55,077 nt of DNA from a virus (taxonomy: Duplodnaviria; Caudoviricetes), in IMG/VR virus record IMGVR_UViG_3300027676_000003, positions 1 to 55,077 of that record, one strand, 5' to 3'. Below the pieces are notes generated by a model. The model saw only the letters and a program-made list of their open reading frames with translations. It was not told where the DNA came from and searched no databases. The translations under genes were made by a program, and so were the position numbers. Below, in pieces: positions 7,902 to 17,629 of this stretch. Position 1 is the stretch's first letter; each line of letters begins with the position of its first letter.

Positions 7902-9140
7902 ATGACCGCGCTTGCATACACCCAACAGACAGAGAAGCCGGCGCATCCGATTTCCGCGCTTGCGCTGGTCGAAACCGTGACCGCCGTTGACGTATTCACG
8001 GAGAACGGCCTTGACCCCATCCTCGACCGCATCGAGCTGGAAGTGCGCTCCATCGCGCTCGACATATCAAGCAAGAAGGGCCGCGAGCAGGTAGCCTCCC
8101 TCGCGCATAAGGTTGCGAAGTCCAAAACCACCCTGGACAAGCTCGGCAAGGATCTCGTTTCTGGCTGGAAGGAGAAGGCAAAAAAGGTTGACGCCGAACG
8201 CTCCCGTGCGTGGGATCGCCTCGAAGCCCTGCAGAAAGAAGTCCGGCAACCCCTCACCGAATTGGAGAACCGGGATAAGCAGCGCATTGCAGACCATGAA
8301 GCGCGGCTGGTGACTATAGCCCTCATTGGTAGTCACGCCGCCGCCAACTGGCAAACCATGCCGCTTGCCGACATGAACGCCCGGCTTAAGGCGCTTATGG
8401 ACGACAAAACCAATTGGGAAGAATTCGCAACCAGAGCGAAGGAGGCGCGTGACACCGCTGCTGATGCCGTTGCTGGCGCCATCATCAAACGCGAGAAACA
8501 CGACGCGGACCAAGCTGAGCTTGCCCGACTCCGCAAGGAAGAAGAGGAACGGAAGCAGCGCGAGCATGAAGAGCGTATCGCCGCGCAAGCTGCCGAGAAA
8601 GCCCGCTTAGCTGCCGAGGAAAAGGCGCGCAAGGCAGCCGAGGAGGAAGCCGCCCGTGTACGGGCCGAGCAGGAGAAGGCGGAAAATGAACGCAAGCGGA
8701 TACAGAGGGAGAAAGAAGCAGCCGAGGCCAAGGCAAAGCGCGATGCCGAAGAGGCCGCCGCTCGTCAGGCGAAAATCGAACGCGAAAGAGCTGAGGCGGA
8801 AGCGCGCGCGGCACAGGCCGAGAAGGATCGGATTGCCGCTGATAAGAAGGCCAAGGAAGACGCCCGCATTGCCGCGGAGAAAGCCGCAGCAGACCGGAAG
8901 GCAGCGGAAGAGGCCGCGGCGAAGCATGAGCGTGACCGGATTGAGGTTGAGAACAAGGCCGTGGCGGAAGCAACCGCAAAGCGCGAGGCGGACAAGAAAC
9001 ACCGCGCCAAGATTGATGGCGAAGTGATGTCGGCGCTGGTAGTTGCCATCAATACAGCCATATCGCCGACAGACCAAGCCAAGGCCATCATCAGGGCCAT
9101 CGCAGAAGGCCACATTCCCCACATCAAGATCCAGTATTAG
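7902..9140 (+). CDS. phage Ala/Glu/Lys-rich coiled-coil protein (often labelled TolA-like)
   Basis: KGREQVASLAHKVAKSKT..D..GK and IAEGHIPHIKIQY ends typical of this phage family. Confidence 0.8.
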   Translation: MTALAYTQQTEKPAHPISALALVETVTAVDVFTENGLDPILDRIELEVRSIALDISSKKGREQVASLAHKVAKSKTTLDKLGKDLVSGWKEKAKKVDAERSRAWDRLEALQKEVRQPLTELENRDKQRIADHEARLVTIALIGSHAAANWQTMPLADMNARLKALMDDKTNWEEFATRAKEARDTAADAVAGAIIKREKHDADQAELARLRKEEEERKQREHEERIAAQAAEKARLAAEEKARKAAEEEAARVRAEQEKAENERKRIQREKEAAEAKAKRDAEEAAARQAKIERERAEAEARAAQAEKDRIAADKKAKEDARIAAEKAAADRKAAEEAAAKHERDRIEVENKAVAEATAKREADKKHRAKIDGEVMSALVVAINTAISPTDQAKAIIRAIAEGHIPHIKIQY

Positions 9141-9142
9141 CC

Positions 9143-9322
9143 ATGCAACACCTCCTCACCCTCCTTCAGCAACACACCCGCGACGTAGTCAACCGCAGCG
9201 CCGTGGCCTTACAAAACTGGCAGGCCGCCGAGGCGGACGCCGACGCCATCGCCCAGGCGGTCGAGCGCCGGGAGACGCATAGGGAGTGGAGTTGTTTCAC
9301 CGGCGAAGCGGGGAGGGCTTGA
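9143..9322 (+). CDS. small hypothetical protein (59 aa, below ORF-track cutoff)
   Basis: MQHLLTLLQQHTRD...GRA* fills the gap between neighbours exactly. Confidence 0.45.
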   Translation: MQHLLTLLQQHTRDVVNRSAVALQNWQAAEADADAIAQAVERRETHREWSCFTGEAGRA

Positions 9323-9324
9323 CG

Positions 9325-9582
9325 ATGGCCAAAGTAGCCCACTCCTCAGACGACGCCGACATGGACGCCATCGAGCGCGATGCCCGCGCCCGCGAGGATG
9401 CTGAGTCCGCGGCGATGAATGAGGCGGAGCTTCGGGAGGAATACGCCCAATTCTGCGAGAACATCAAGCGCGATCTTTCGTCCGTCGAGGCAGAATACGG
9501 TGGCGTTCCGACCTTCAAGGAATGGCTGGCCGAGTATCGGAGCAATGAAACGGGATTCGAGGAGGTCCAGAAATATGCGTAA
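9325..9582 (+). CDS. acidic hypothetical protein
   Basis: GGAGG RBS; D/E rich. Confidence 0.6.
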   Translation: MAKVAHSSDDADMDAIERDARAREDAESAAMNEAELREEYAQFCENIKRDLSSVEAEYGGVPTFKEWLAEYRSNETGFEEVQKYA

Positions 9583-9829
9583 ACCCACCGAAACCCGCCT
9601 TTACCTGAGCGCCGCTGCCATCGTCCTTGCCGTGACCTGCATGACCTGCGCGTGGCAGGAAGGCCGCGTGTATGAGGCCGCGCATCGGCAGCGGGAGCAT
9701 GATGCCCTGCTTACGGCGTGCCGTGAAAACAACACGATTCTGCAAGAGAGATATGACTCGCTGGCGAGGGAGTCGGATTGGCTGACGACCGTGAGCGCAG
9801 AAGCCAAGTATCAGGGAGCAAACCCATGA
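9575..9829 (+). CDS. membrane-anchored small protein
   Basis: GGAGG RBS, N-terminal hydrophobic helix then coiled coil. Confidence 0.6.
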   Translation: MRKPTETRLYLSAAAIVLAVTCMTCAWQEGRVYEAAHRQREHDALLTACRENNTILQERYDSLARESDWLTTVSAEAKYQGANP

Positions 9830-10206
9830 ACGACGCCCTCCTCGCAGAAATCAGCTTCGCCGAACACCGCTGGCTTGATCATGCCCATGATTCCGGCGAG
9901 ATCCGCGACGCCCTCAAGACCGTCCTCACCGCCCTTGCAGCCTTCATTGTGGCTATCGGCACGTTCGTCTGGCTGCTCAACCTTTGTAGGGCGTCTGATT
10001 TCTCGCTGTGGTGGGCCGGGGTTCCCTACATCGCCCTCTATGCCGTTTCGCTGTGGCGGGAGTGCGTGCTGGCCATTCCCTTTCTGCTTATGCTTTCCGG
10101 ACCCGTTCATGCGGATGGCGCGGTAAGCGCGGTTGTAGGCTTCGTCGTGGAAGCCATGCAGGACCCGGACAACACCAGCTATGGGGATGACGATGACGGA
10201 GATTAA
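9826..10206 (+). CDS. membrane protein
   Basis: ATGA overlap, 2-3 hydrophobic segments. Confidence 0.55.
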   Translation: MNDALLAEISFAEHRWLDHAHDSGEIRDALKTVLTALAAFIVAIGTFVWLLNLCRASDFSLWWAGVPYIALYAVSLWRECVLAIPFLLMLSGPVHADGAVSAVVGFVVEAMQDPDNTSYGDDDDGD

Positions 10207-10582
10207 GCCAATGAGCGCCAAGCAATTCAACCGTGCCATGGGTGCAGCAATCAAGCGTCTTCGCAAGAAACGGGGGCTTTCGCTTCAGCAAGTGGGCGCG
10301 GCCCTCGGAGTCACCTACCAGCAGGCCGGGAAGTACACTGACGGCGCAAATGGTTTGTCGGCTTATTACCTTCCGAAGCTTGCGGCACTGTTCGGAATAT
10401 CCATTGAGCAGCTTTACGAGCAGGCCCGCATTAATGTCGCCGTTGAGCCAGCAGAGCCGACCCCCGCCGACAATGACGCCTTCCTCGCCGCCCGGTACGT
10501 GGCGCGCATCGAAGACGAGAAAGTGCGCGGGGCGTTCGTGGATTTCGCACGGAAGCTTGCATTTCAGGGAGGCGGGGCATGA
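10181..10582 (+). CDS. XRE-family HTH regulator
   Basis: GAAIKRLRKKRGLSLQQVGAALGVTYQQAGKY..G.N. Confidence 0.85.
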   Translation: MGMTMTEIKPMSAKQFNRAMGAAIKRLRKKRGLSLQQVGAALGVTYQQAGKYTDGANGLSAYYLPKLAALFGISIEQLYEQARINVAVEPAEPTPADNDAFLAARYVARIEDEKVRGAFVDFARKLAFQGGGA

Positions 10583-10821
10583 GCGACGTCACCATCATGC
10601 GCCCCACCCTCAACGCCGGCGACCGCGCCTTTGCGGCAATGCGGACGTTTTTAAATACCCTCGACGAGCTGAAGGCGCTGGCGGAATCCGACCCGACCGA
10701 GCTTCAGTTTTACCTGATGGAGATCGACAGGGCTGATACGGACATAAAGCTTCTGCTTACGCGGTTACGCACGAAGCCGACCACGTCGCAGCTTTGCGGC
10801 CAGTTTGGGAGGGGAACTTGA
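10579..10821 (+). CDS. phage hypothetical protein
   Basis: ATGA-coupled, GGAGG RBS. Confidence 0.6.
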   Translation: MSDVTIMRPTLNAGDRAFAAMRTFLNTLDELKALAESDPTELQFYLMEIDRADTDIKLLLTRLRTKPTTSQLCGQFGRGT

Positions 10822-11264
10822 CTGTCACCTGCCCATATTGCAGCTCCCCCGCCGTGCTAACGGACAGCGTCGAGGTTTACCACGGGAATTCCTTCGGGAT
10901 GATCTGGCTGTGCCGCCCGTGCCAGGCGTGGGTTGGCGTCCACAAAGGCACCGACAAGCCCCTCGGGCGTCTCGCCAATAAGGAGCTGCGCGACTGGAAG
11001 ATCAAGGCGCATGCAGCCTTCGATCCAATATGGGAAGCAAAGCTACGTCACCGCCGCGCCGGCGGAAAAGGGAAAAGCGGCAAGGACAGCGGCGGTCCCG
11101 GTTACAAGAAAGAGTATGCACGGGGAGCTGGTTACAAGTGGCTGGCCGTGCAATTGGGAATCCCCAAAGCAGACTGCCACATCGGCATGTTCGACGTGGA
11201 AACCTGCAAGCGCGTCGTAGAGATATGCAAGCCCTATGCAGATAGATTGCGGAGGGCGGCATGA
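10818..11264 (+). CDS. zinc-finger protein, DUF3268-like
   Basis: CPYC, CRPC.AWVGVH, PLGRLAN..LR, AHAAFDPIW, CHIGMFD. Confidence 0.85.
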   Translation: MTVTCPYCSSPAVLTDSVEVYHGNSFGMIWLCRPCQAWVGVHKGTDKPLGRLANKELRDWKIKAHAAFDPIWEAKLRHRRAGGKGKSGKDSGGPGYKKEYARGAGYKWLAVQLGIPKADCHIGMFDVETCKRVVEICKPYADRLRRAA

Positions 11265-11530
11265 CCGAAGAAGAACCCCGCACACCGAAGCGCACCATCA
11301 CCATTGAAATTTACGATGGCATTGACTTCAACGTGAAGGAGGACGACCGCTATTCCGACCGGCTTTGTTGGGATGAAATGCTCGGCACGCTCGCGGAACT
11401 GACCCACCCGAGAATTGAAAAACCGCGCTATCAGATGCTTACCGAACAGGGATGGCGGCTGCAGCGCGAGAGGTGGAAATCAAGTGCCGCAAGTTCCCAT
11501 AACCCTATTGCCCAGGAGTCCAAACCATGA
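11261..11530 (+). CDS. phage hypothetical protein
   Basis: ATGA-coupled both sides. Confidence 0.6.
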   Translation: MTEEEPRTPKRTITIEIYDGIDFNVKEDDRYSDRLCWDEMLGTLAELTHPRIEKPRYQMLTEQGWRLQRERWKSSAASSHNPIAQESKP

Positions 11531-12426
11531 CCTCCATTCCCGTCTCCACTCATAAACAGCCCACAGGCTTCGCACCCGGTATCTACCTTGGAATCAGCAA
11601 TGATGATTACCATGCCGATCCGGCTATCGGAAGCACAGGCTGCAAGCGCCTGATTCAATCCCCGCTTGATTACTGGTGGAATTCCTCGCTAAACCCCGAT
11701 CGCGAGGAGCAGGAAGTCACGGCCGCTATGCGTTTAGGGACCGCCTATCACTATAAGGTCCTCGAACCCCACAAGTTTACATACGAGGTAAAGAAAGGCG
11801 TCAAAACCAGCACTGTCGGTAACACTCTTGGCGAAGGCGACTACAAACGCCTCATAGCCATGTACGACCGGCTACAGAAGGTTCCCGAGCACGCCCAACT
11901 CTTCAAGAATGGCTTCGCGGAAGTGAGTATCTTCTGGCGCGACGAGCAAACCGGACTAATGTGCAAGTGCCGTTTCGACTATATGCGTCTGAAGTGGATT
12001 ACTGATCTTAAGACCTGCGATGACAGCAGCCGCAGGTCTATCTATTATGATTTCCCGAAGCTTGGATATGACATCTCCGCCGCGATGTACATGGAAGGCT
12101 CCGCCCAAGCCAAACGTATGATAAGGTCCGGCGAGTTCAAGCTATTAATCGATTCTCGGTTCGGTGAATTTCTCAATCAGTACAAGGACATCGAGGGAGA
12201 GCAGTTCGTCTTCTTCTTCCAATGCAAGAAAGCCCCCTATATCGCGCGCGCCCTTCCCATGGGGGCAGACATCGCGGTGGTCGGGCATGAAAAATTCCGT
12301 AACGCCCTGAACATCTATCTTGATAATCTCCAGCGCCACGGAACAAAGGAGGAATGGGATTTGGGGTTCCCGGCCTTTGAAGACCTCACCCTGAACGACG
12401 TAAGCAACTCAATCAACTACTTCTAA
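11527..12426 (+). CDS. recE: RecE/exonuclease VIII-like PD-(D/E)XK exonuclease
   Basis: ISNDDYHA, GTAYH, EVSIFWRD..TGLMCKCRFD, DLKT. Confidence 0.88.
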   Translation: MTSIPVSTHKQPTGFAPGIYLGISNDDYHADPAIGSTGCKRLIQSPLDYWWNSSLNPDREEQEVTAAMRLGTAYHYKVLEPHKFTYEVKKGVKTSTVGNTLGEGDYKRLIAMYDRLQKVPEHAQLFKNGFAEVSIFWRDEQTGLMCKCRFDYMRLKWITDLKTCDDSSRRSIYYDFPKLGYDISAAMYMEGSAQAKRMIRSGEFKLLIDSRFGEFLNQYKDIEGEQFVFFFQCKKAPYIARALPMGADIAVVGHEKFRNALNIYLDNLQRHGTKEEWDLGFPAFEDLTLNDVSNSINYF

Positions 12427-12442
12427 TGAAAAGGAAAATGCC

Positions 12443-13396
12443 ATGAACGACCAGACAAATGCAATCTCTACCGCCGTGGACGCGCCCGCCATGAGCAAAT
12501 CCAGCTTCAGCGGCGTGCAGTTTGCCACCGCCGAAAGCAACGGAGGACTTCGTCTCGCGCTCACCAGCTTCGCCGAAGCGGAGAAATTCGCGAACCTGAT
12601 GTCAATCTCCAACGCGGTGCCGAAGCATCTCCGTGGGAAACCAGCGGATTGCCTTGCGGTGTTGCTTCAATCTCTCAGGTGGGAGATGGACCCGTTCGCA
12701 GTTGCGCAGAAGACGTACTTCGTCAATGACGGGATGGCTTATGAAGCGCAGCTCGTCAACGCCATCATTATATCGCGGGCGCCGTTGGTGGCGCGTCCGG
12801 ATATCAAATGGACCGGGGAAGGCGATAATCTCTGCTGCATCGCCTCCGGCCTGTTTAAGGGTGAGAGCGAGGCGAAGGTCCGCACCGCGCATTTCAAGAC
12901 CATCACCACGAAGAATTCACCGCTTTGGAAGCAGGACCCGCAGCAGCAGCTTGCGTATTTCACGCTTCGGGCATGGGCTCGTCTTTACTGCCCGGACATT
13001 CTTCTTGGCGTTTACACCAAAGAGGAGATGGAAAACAGCATGATCGACGTGACCAACTCCGCCGCGGCAACCATAGAGAACGAGCTGAAGCAGGAGATCG
13101 CCAAATCAAACGGCCACAACCCCGAAACCGGGGAAGTGATCGATCAGGCGGCCACCGACTCCTCGCCCCCTTCCCTCAGGGACTGGCTGGATGACATCGC
13201 CGCCGCACCCACACCGGAAGGCGTTGACCAAAAATATGGGCATGCATCCGAGCAGTTTCTCGCAGACCACAACGCCATGGCGCAGCTCACGCTTGCAAGG
13301 ACGCAGCGGAAGCAGGTGCTTGCCAAGCCGGAGGTAGGTAGCAAGACGAGGAAACTCTTCGAGGGCGCCAAGCCGGCCGAGGGAGCAGCGGCATGA
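12443..13396 (+). CDS. recT: RecT-family ssDNA annealing protein
   Basis: VPKHLRGKPADCLAV..Q..RW.MDPFAVAQKTY, WARLYCPDILLGVY. Confidence 0.9.
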   Translation: MNDQTNAISTAVDAPAMSKSSFSGVQFATAESNGGLRLALTSFAEAEKFANLMSISNAVPKHLRGKPADCLAVLLQSLRWEMDPFAVAQKTYFVNDGMAYEAQLVNAIIISRAPLVARPDIKWTGEGDNLCCIASGLFKGESEAKVRTAHFKTITTKNSPLWKQDPQQQLAYFTLRAWARLYCPDILLGVYTKEEMENSMIDVTNSAAATIENELKQEIAKSNGHNPETGEVIDQAATDSSPPSLRDWLDDIAAAPTPEGVDQKYGHASEQFLADHNAMAQLTLARTQRKQVLAKPEVGSKTRKLFEGAKPAEGAAA

Positions 13397-14061
13397 CCGG
13401 GCTCATATTCGATACCGAGAGCACGGGGATTGATGATCCTCACGTGATCGAGGCAGCGTGGCTCAAAATCCCTTCGCCCACCGACCTCGCACCGACCGAG
13501 CGCTTCCTGCAGCGTTATAATCCGGGCAAACCCATCGCCCTGGGAGCGCTCGCGACGCATCACATCATGGACGAGGATCTGGTGGATTGCCCGCCTTCGT
13601 CGGACTTCCGCCTTCCGCCCGATACCCAATACCTAATCGGTTACAACATCGACTATGACTGGAAAGTCGTCGGCCAGCCGGATGTGCGGCGGATCTGCGT
13701 TCTGGCGCTCTCGCGGTCAATATTCCCAGGACTCGACAGCTATTCCCAATCGGCGGTCCTCTATCACCTTGAACGCCACCGCGCCCGGGAGCTGCTGAAA
13801 AACGCTCATTCCGCAATGCAGGACGTGGAGAACTGCTGGCTGATTCTTCAGCGCCTCCTCTTCCGCATGGGGGAGGATTCTGCAAGCTGGGAAGCAGTAT
13901 GGCGCCGGAGCGAACACGCCCGAATCCCAACAGTCATGACCTTCGGCAAGCACAAGGGTATCCCAATCAAGGACGTGCCTGCCGATTACAAGCGCTGGCT
14001 TCTCGGGCAGCCGGACGTTGACCCGTATCTCATGAAGGCGTTGCGGGGAGAGGCGGCATGA
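13393..14061 (+). CDS. exoX: DEDDh 3'-5' exonuclease, ExoX-like
   Basis: FDTESTG, YNIDYD, AHSAMQDV, MTFGKHKG...VPADY..WL. Confidence 0.88.
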   Translation: MTGLIFDTESTGIDDPHVIEAAWLKIPSPTDLAPTERFLQRYNPGKPIALGALATHHIMDEDLVDCPPSSDFRLPPDTQYLIGYNIDYDWKVVGQPDVRRICVLALSRSIFPGLDSYSQSAVLYHLERHRARELLKNAHSAMQDVENCWLILQRLLFRMGEDSASWEAVWRRSEHARIPTVMTFGKHKGIPIKDVPADYKRWLLGQPDVDPYLMKALRGEAA

Positions 14062-14777
14062 AGGTCACGCCAATTATCATGTCGTCGCCCATGGTGGGGG
14101 CATTACTCGAAGGCCGAAAAACGATGACGCGTCGCATCATCAAGCCGCAGCCGTCGATAGTGCCTGACTGGTCCTGTCCTGGAAAAGATGGCATCCGATT
14201 CAAATGGGCAACGTATGCCCTCGATATGCTCGGGCAATTCATGGCCCAGATTGTCGAAAAGTGTCCCTATGGAAAGCCGGGCGAGTCGCTTCTGTGGGTG
14301 CGTGAGAACGGATGGCAACGACCGGAACGCACCGAGAGGATGATGCGCGATGGTGCCGACACGTGGCCTCCATTTGAGTATGACGCCAACGACTGCATGT
14401 CGGACGAAAGCCTTAAGGAATGGGGTTGGAAACGTCGCCCGTCAATCTATATGCCGCGCTGGGCATCGAGGCTGACGCTGGAATTGAGCGGCGTGCGAGT
14501 CGAGCGGTTACAGGACATCACCGAGGAAGATGCGATTGCTGAGGGCATCGAGCCGGTGTTCACAGGAGCCAAGGAGCGGTGCGGCTGGCTCGACTATCAG
14601 CACGCCGGAGCCGGTGTAGGCTATTTCCCGAACCCCATCGACTCTTACCACAGCCTCTTCAGATCGCTGCATGGCGACGACATAGTCGCGAAAAACCCTT
14701 GGCTCTGGGCGCTCAATTTTGTTCCCCATAGGCAAAATATCGACACCTTCCTCAAGACTCGGGAGGTGGCGGCATGA
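14058..14777 (+). CDS. ASCH-like phage protein
   Basis: MV.ALLEGRKTMTRR, CPYG, LWVRE, PSIYMPRWASRLTL..VRVERLQDITEEDAIAEG. Confidence 0.85.
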   Translation: MKVTPIIMSSPMVGALLEGRKTMTRRIIKPQPSIVPDWSCPGKDGIRFKWATYALDMLGQFMAQIVEKCPYGKPGESLLWVRENGWQRPERTERMMRDGADTWPPFEYDANDCMSDESLKEWGWKRRPSIYMPRWASRLTLELSGVRVERLQDITEEDAIAEGIEPVFTGAKERCGWLDYQHAGAGVGYFPNPIDSYHSLFRSLHGDDIVAKNPWLWALNFVPHRQNIDTFLKTREVAA

Positions 14778-14986
14778 TTGTTCCCGCAAGCTATCCATCT
14801 GAAGCAATTGCAGCCTGCATAACCACACTCATCATGTCCGTCGTGATCATGCCCGTCTTTATTTTGGCTACCAGAAAGATCTTTGGCAAGAATGCTTGGT
14901 ATGAGGGCTTCCTATGGGGTTCTGCTATCGCCGGCCCGTGGGCCGTGCGCGTAATTTATCCCCTCGTTGATGTGTGGCTCAAATGA
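14774..14986 (+). CDS. small 2-TM protein
   Basis: ATGA-coupled, hydrophobic. Confidence 0.6.
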   Translation: MIVPASYPSEAIAACITTLIMSVVIMPVFILATRKIFGKNAWYEGFLWGSAIAGPWAVRVIYPLVDVWLK

Positions 14987-15020
14987 ACAAATCCGCGACA
15001 TATACAAGGAGGCCTCCTGC

Positions 15021-15278
15021 ATGAACCCACCCCGCCGCCGCGCCATCGTTGACGGACTTCATGTGAAATTTGAGAGCCGTGACCCCAAGCTCGCTTCCGT
15101 CCGCTGGCATCCCCGGTTCAAGATGCGCTACCGCACGAAAGCGGACGCCATCGCGGCAAAGGCAGCGTGGGAGGAGCGGGGGAAGATATTGTGGCCAGCG
15201 GATCTGGTGAAAGCGCCGAAGGCAGAGAGGTCGTTGCGGCGGTATAGGGAAACGGGTCAGGGGGAGATGCGGCTATGA
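15021..15278 (+). CDS. basic hypothetical protein
   Basis: AAGGAGG RBS before ATG 15021. Confidence 0.55.
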   Translation: MNPPRRRAIVDGLHVKFESRDPKLASVRWHPRFKMRYRTKADAIAAKAAWEERGKILWPADLVKAPKAERSLRRYRETGQGEMRL

Positions 15279-15295
15279 GCGCAAAAACTCTAACC

Positions 15296-15883
15296 TCATC
15301 GACCCGGGCGAATGTAAACCGTCACGCTTGGAGACAGAAAAAGATTTGGAGAAATCGCTTTGATCTCGTCGAGACCACCATAGTGAGAGCCGATCTGAGA
15401 ACGATCATCAATTGCGAACGCCCATATATTTACGCTTTTCTTGGCGTCTCCGCTAATCGGAGCAGACGCCCAAGTGTCTTCACGGAATATAGTACGCGTT
15501 GGGTTCACGCTAAACGAAGGAAAGATTACATTGTAGTTGCCGTTCAACTCAGCAACAACCAATCCAACGGATTCGGACTCTGGGAGCGGCCGGGACGAAC
15601 GTACGACCACATCAGTCAGGAGCGAGCCGTGGTCGTATTCAATCATCGCATTCGAGCCAGGGCTAGTTATGTCGAGGACCACAGGCAGGGCAGGACATTC
15701 ATTGTTCGGCATCCAGCCGCTTCCTCTTGCGACCATCTGCCAGTCCACCTTCGGAGCGCTTCCAAACAGCGGGCTGGTCGAGAGCGCGGAATGTACTCCG
15801 TAGCCTGCGACAAAGCCCACCACAAGAACGCTTCCAAATATCACGACCGGGTGGTTCTCGATTCGTTCCTTCAGCGTGGGCAT
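15296..15883 (-). CDS. single-pass membrane protein (moron)
   Basis: N-terminal TM; opposite to operon; TATCAT 8 nt upstream of ATG. Confidence 0.7.
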   Translation of the reverse strand: MPTLKERIENHPVVIFGSVLVVGFVAGYGVHSALSTSPLFGSAPKVDWQMVARGSGWMPNNECPALPVVLDITSPGSNAMIEYDHGSLLTDVVVRSSRPLPESESVGLVVAELNGNYNVIFPSFSVNPTRTIFREDTWASAPISGDAKKSVNIWAFAIDDRSQIGSHYGGLDEIKAISPNLFLSPSVTVYIRPGR

Positions 15884-15996
15884 AGCAGTTTATGATACTC
15901 CGGCACCGCATTGAATGTCCTCCTCGGTGTTGCCTTCATTCGCCCGGCGCTCCGTCCCGATCCACCCTTCCGCCGCGAGCGCTAAAATGATCTGCC

Positions 15997-16275
15997 ATGA
16001 CCTTCCATCAGGCTTACGCATCCCTGGGCCGGGAGGAGTTCGATGCGTGGTTCGAGCGCAGGCTCCGGCGGAGAAGTATGATCTGGGGCGCTGTGGGGTG
16101 GGGTTGTCTCGGTATCGCCGCGGCCACCATCGTGTACTGGACGGTGCAGCTCGTGGCGCTCGTCTGCGGCGACGATTCCTGGCCGAGCGGGGTCTTCATC
16201 GGGCTTCTGGTTCTGTATTCCATATCAGTCTACTGGCGTTACCGGCACCCGAGCGAGCCGGAAGACTGGGATTAG
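15997..16275 (+). CDS. 2-TM protein (moron)
   Basis: Two hydrophobic helices; TAAAAT 8 nt upstream of ATG. Confidence 0.6.
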   Translation: MTFHQAYASLGREEFDAWFERRLRRRSMIWGAVGWGCLGIAAATIVYWTVQLVALVCGDDSWPSGVFIGLLVLYSISVYWRYRHPSEPEDWD

Positions 16276-16450
16276 TTCCTTCCGTTGTTGCCGCTTTGCC
16301 CCCTAGCAGAACCGTCGCCCTGCGCAAGCACGCCTCCCCATCTTCGGCGGCGATAGTGGCCGCCTTGCAGACGGGTCCCGTCCGGCGAGGCTTGCTGGTG
16401 CGCCGTTTTCCGCTGCGGGGAGCGGTCAACAACTTCAGGAGTGAATATGC

Positions 16451-17629
16451 ATGACCGCCTATTACAACGAAATCGATCCATTCGCTGCCGCATGGCTCCG
16501 TCAACTCATAGCCGCCGAGCATATTGCTCCCGGCGATGTGGATGAAAGGAGCATTGAAGATGTCAAGCCAGATGAACTTCGACCTTACACCCAATGCCAC
16601 TTCTTCGCCGGCATCGGAATCTGGAGTTACGCGCTTCGCCTTGCGCGCTGGGACGATAGCCGTCCTGTGTGGACTGGTAGCTGCCCATGCCAGCCTTTCA
16701 GCGCGGCAGGCAAAGGTGACGGGTTCGATGACGAGCGGCACCTCTGGCCCGCATGGTTCCATCTCATCGAACACGCAAAACCGAGAGGCGTACCGATCTT
16801 TGGAGAACAGGTTGCGAGCCCAGACGGACTCGCTTGGCTCGACCTTGTTCAAGCTGACTTGGAAAACGCGTACCACACCCTCTGGCCGTTCGATCTCTGC
16901 GCTGCGGGCTTCGGCGCGCCCCATATCCGTCAGCGACTTTACTTCGTGGCAGAGCCCGAAGGTCAGCGATATCGCGCAAGAAACATACGAGGCCAAGATG
17001 GCGCGCAACGAACGTTTGAAGTCGGCGGGACAAACCAAGGGATGCGGATCTCCGAGCCTAGCGACCCAAGCAAGCTTGGCGAGTTGGCCGACACCGGATG
17101 CTTATCCGAGAGGGGGAGCGCAGGATGCGGAGAGCGCGGGAATGCGGCATTCAAGGGGAAAAGCGGATACTCTTACGGCCCAGGTAACGCATCTGGCATC
17201 ATGGCCGACTCCGATGGCCGGAACGCCAGCGCAGCACGGATACAATCAAGCGGGCAACACAGACAGCAGCAGGAAAACAGCGGCTCTATGCGGGGCCGAT
17301 CTTTCGGGATCGGGCATAACGGTGGACCAGAAGTGGAAGGGGCCGGCCCGGTTAACAGTCACTGGCGAGATTCTGATTGGCTCTTCTGCCGAGATGGAAA
17401 GTTCAGGCCAGTTAAATCCGGCACATTCCCGTTGGCTCATGGCACTCCCGCCTCAATGGGAGCACTCAGCCCCGCACTTCAGCGATTGGCAGAAGTGGCA
17501 GGACTTTCTAAAGACTCACTCAAAAGAGCCAAGTCCTACCGAGTCGGCAGCCTGCGCGGATTCGGGAACGGAATAGTTGCCGAACAAGCGGCAGCGTTCA
17601 TCACCGCCTATGACGGAGTGACAGCATGA
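16451..17629 (+). CDS. C5-cytosine DNA methyltransferase, alpha chain
   Basis: FFAGIG (I), GSCPCQPFS (IV), GEQV (VI), PHIRQR (VIII), LRGFGNGIV (X). Confidence 0.9.
   Translation: MTAYYNEIDPFAAAWLRQLIAAEHIAPGDVDERSIEDVKPDELRPYTQCHFFAGIGIWSYALRLARWDDSRPVWTGSCPCQPFSAAGKGDGFDDERHLWPAWFHLIEHAKPRGVPIFGEQVASPDGLAWLDLVQADLENAYHTLWPFDLCAAGFGAPHIRQRLYFVAEPEGQRYRARNIRGQDGAQRTFEVGGTNQGMRISEPSDPSKLGELADTGCLSERGSAGCGERGNAAFKGKSGYSYGPGNASGIMADSDGRNASAARIQSSGQHRQQQENSGSMRGRSFGIGHNGGPEVEGAGPVNSHWRDSDWLFCRDGKFRPVKSGTFPLAHGTPASMGALSPALQRLAEVAGLSKDSLKRAKSYRVGSLRGFGNGIVAEQAAAFITAYDGVTA
16560..17576 (+). CDS. C5-methyltransferase beta chain, nested in +1 frame
   Basis: Own AGGAG RBS (16547-16551); W-(P/Q)-(T/S)-P repeats; [16 protein letters not shown] motif IX-like. 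Confidence 0.75.
   Translation: MSSQMNFDLTPNATSSPASESGVTRFALRAGTIAVLCGLVAAHASLSARQAKVTGSMTSGTSGPHGSISSNTQNREAYRSLENRLRAQTDSLGSTLFKLTWKTRTTPSGRSISALRASARPISVSDFTSWQSPKVSDIAQETYEAKMARNERLKSAGQTKGCGSPSLATQASLASWPTPDAYPRGGAQDAESAGMRHSRGKADTLTAQVTHLASWPTPMAGTPAQHGYNQAGNTDSSRKTAALCGADLSGSGITVDQKWKGPARLTVTGEILIGSSAEMESSGQLNPAHSRWLMALPPQWEHSAPHFSDWQKWQDFLKTHSKEPSPTESAACADSGTE

Noticed and set aside
7850-9127. Several long minus-strand ORFs and apparent repeats
   Set aside because: Explained by Ala/Glu/Lys/Arg codon bias of the coiled-coil gene
15275-15895. 206-aa + strand ORF
   Set aside because: Antisense shadow of the membrane gene 15296-15883; no recognisable motif
16196-17038. 280-aa minus ORF over the methylase
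   Set aside because: Antisense to a region already coding in two frames; no RBS or motif
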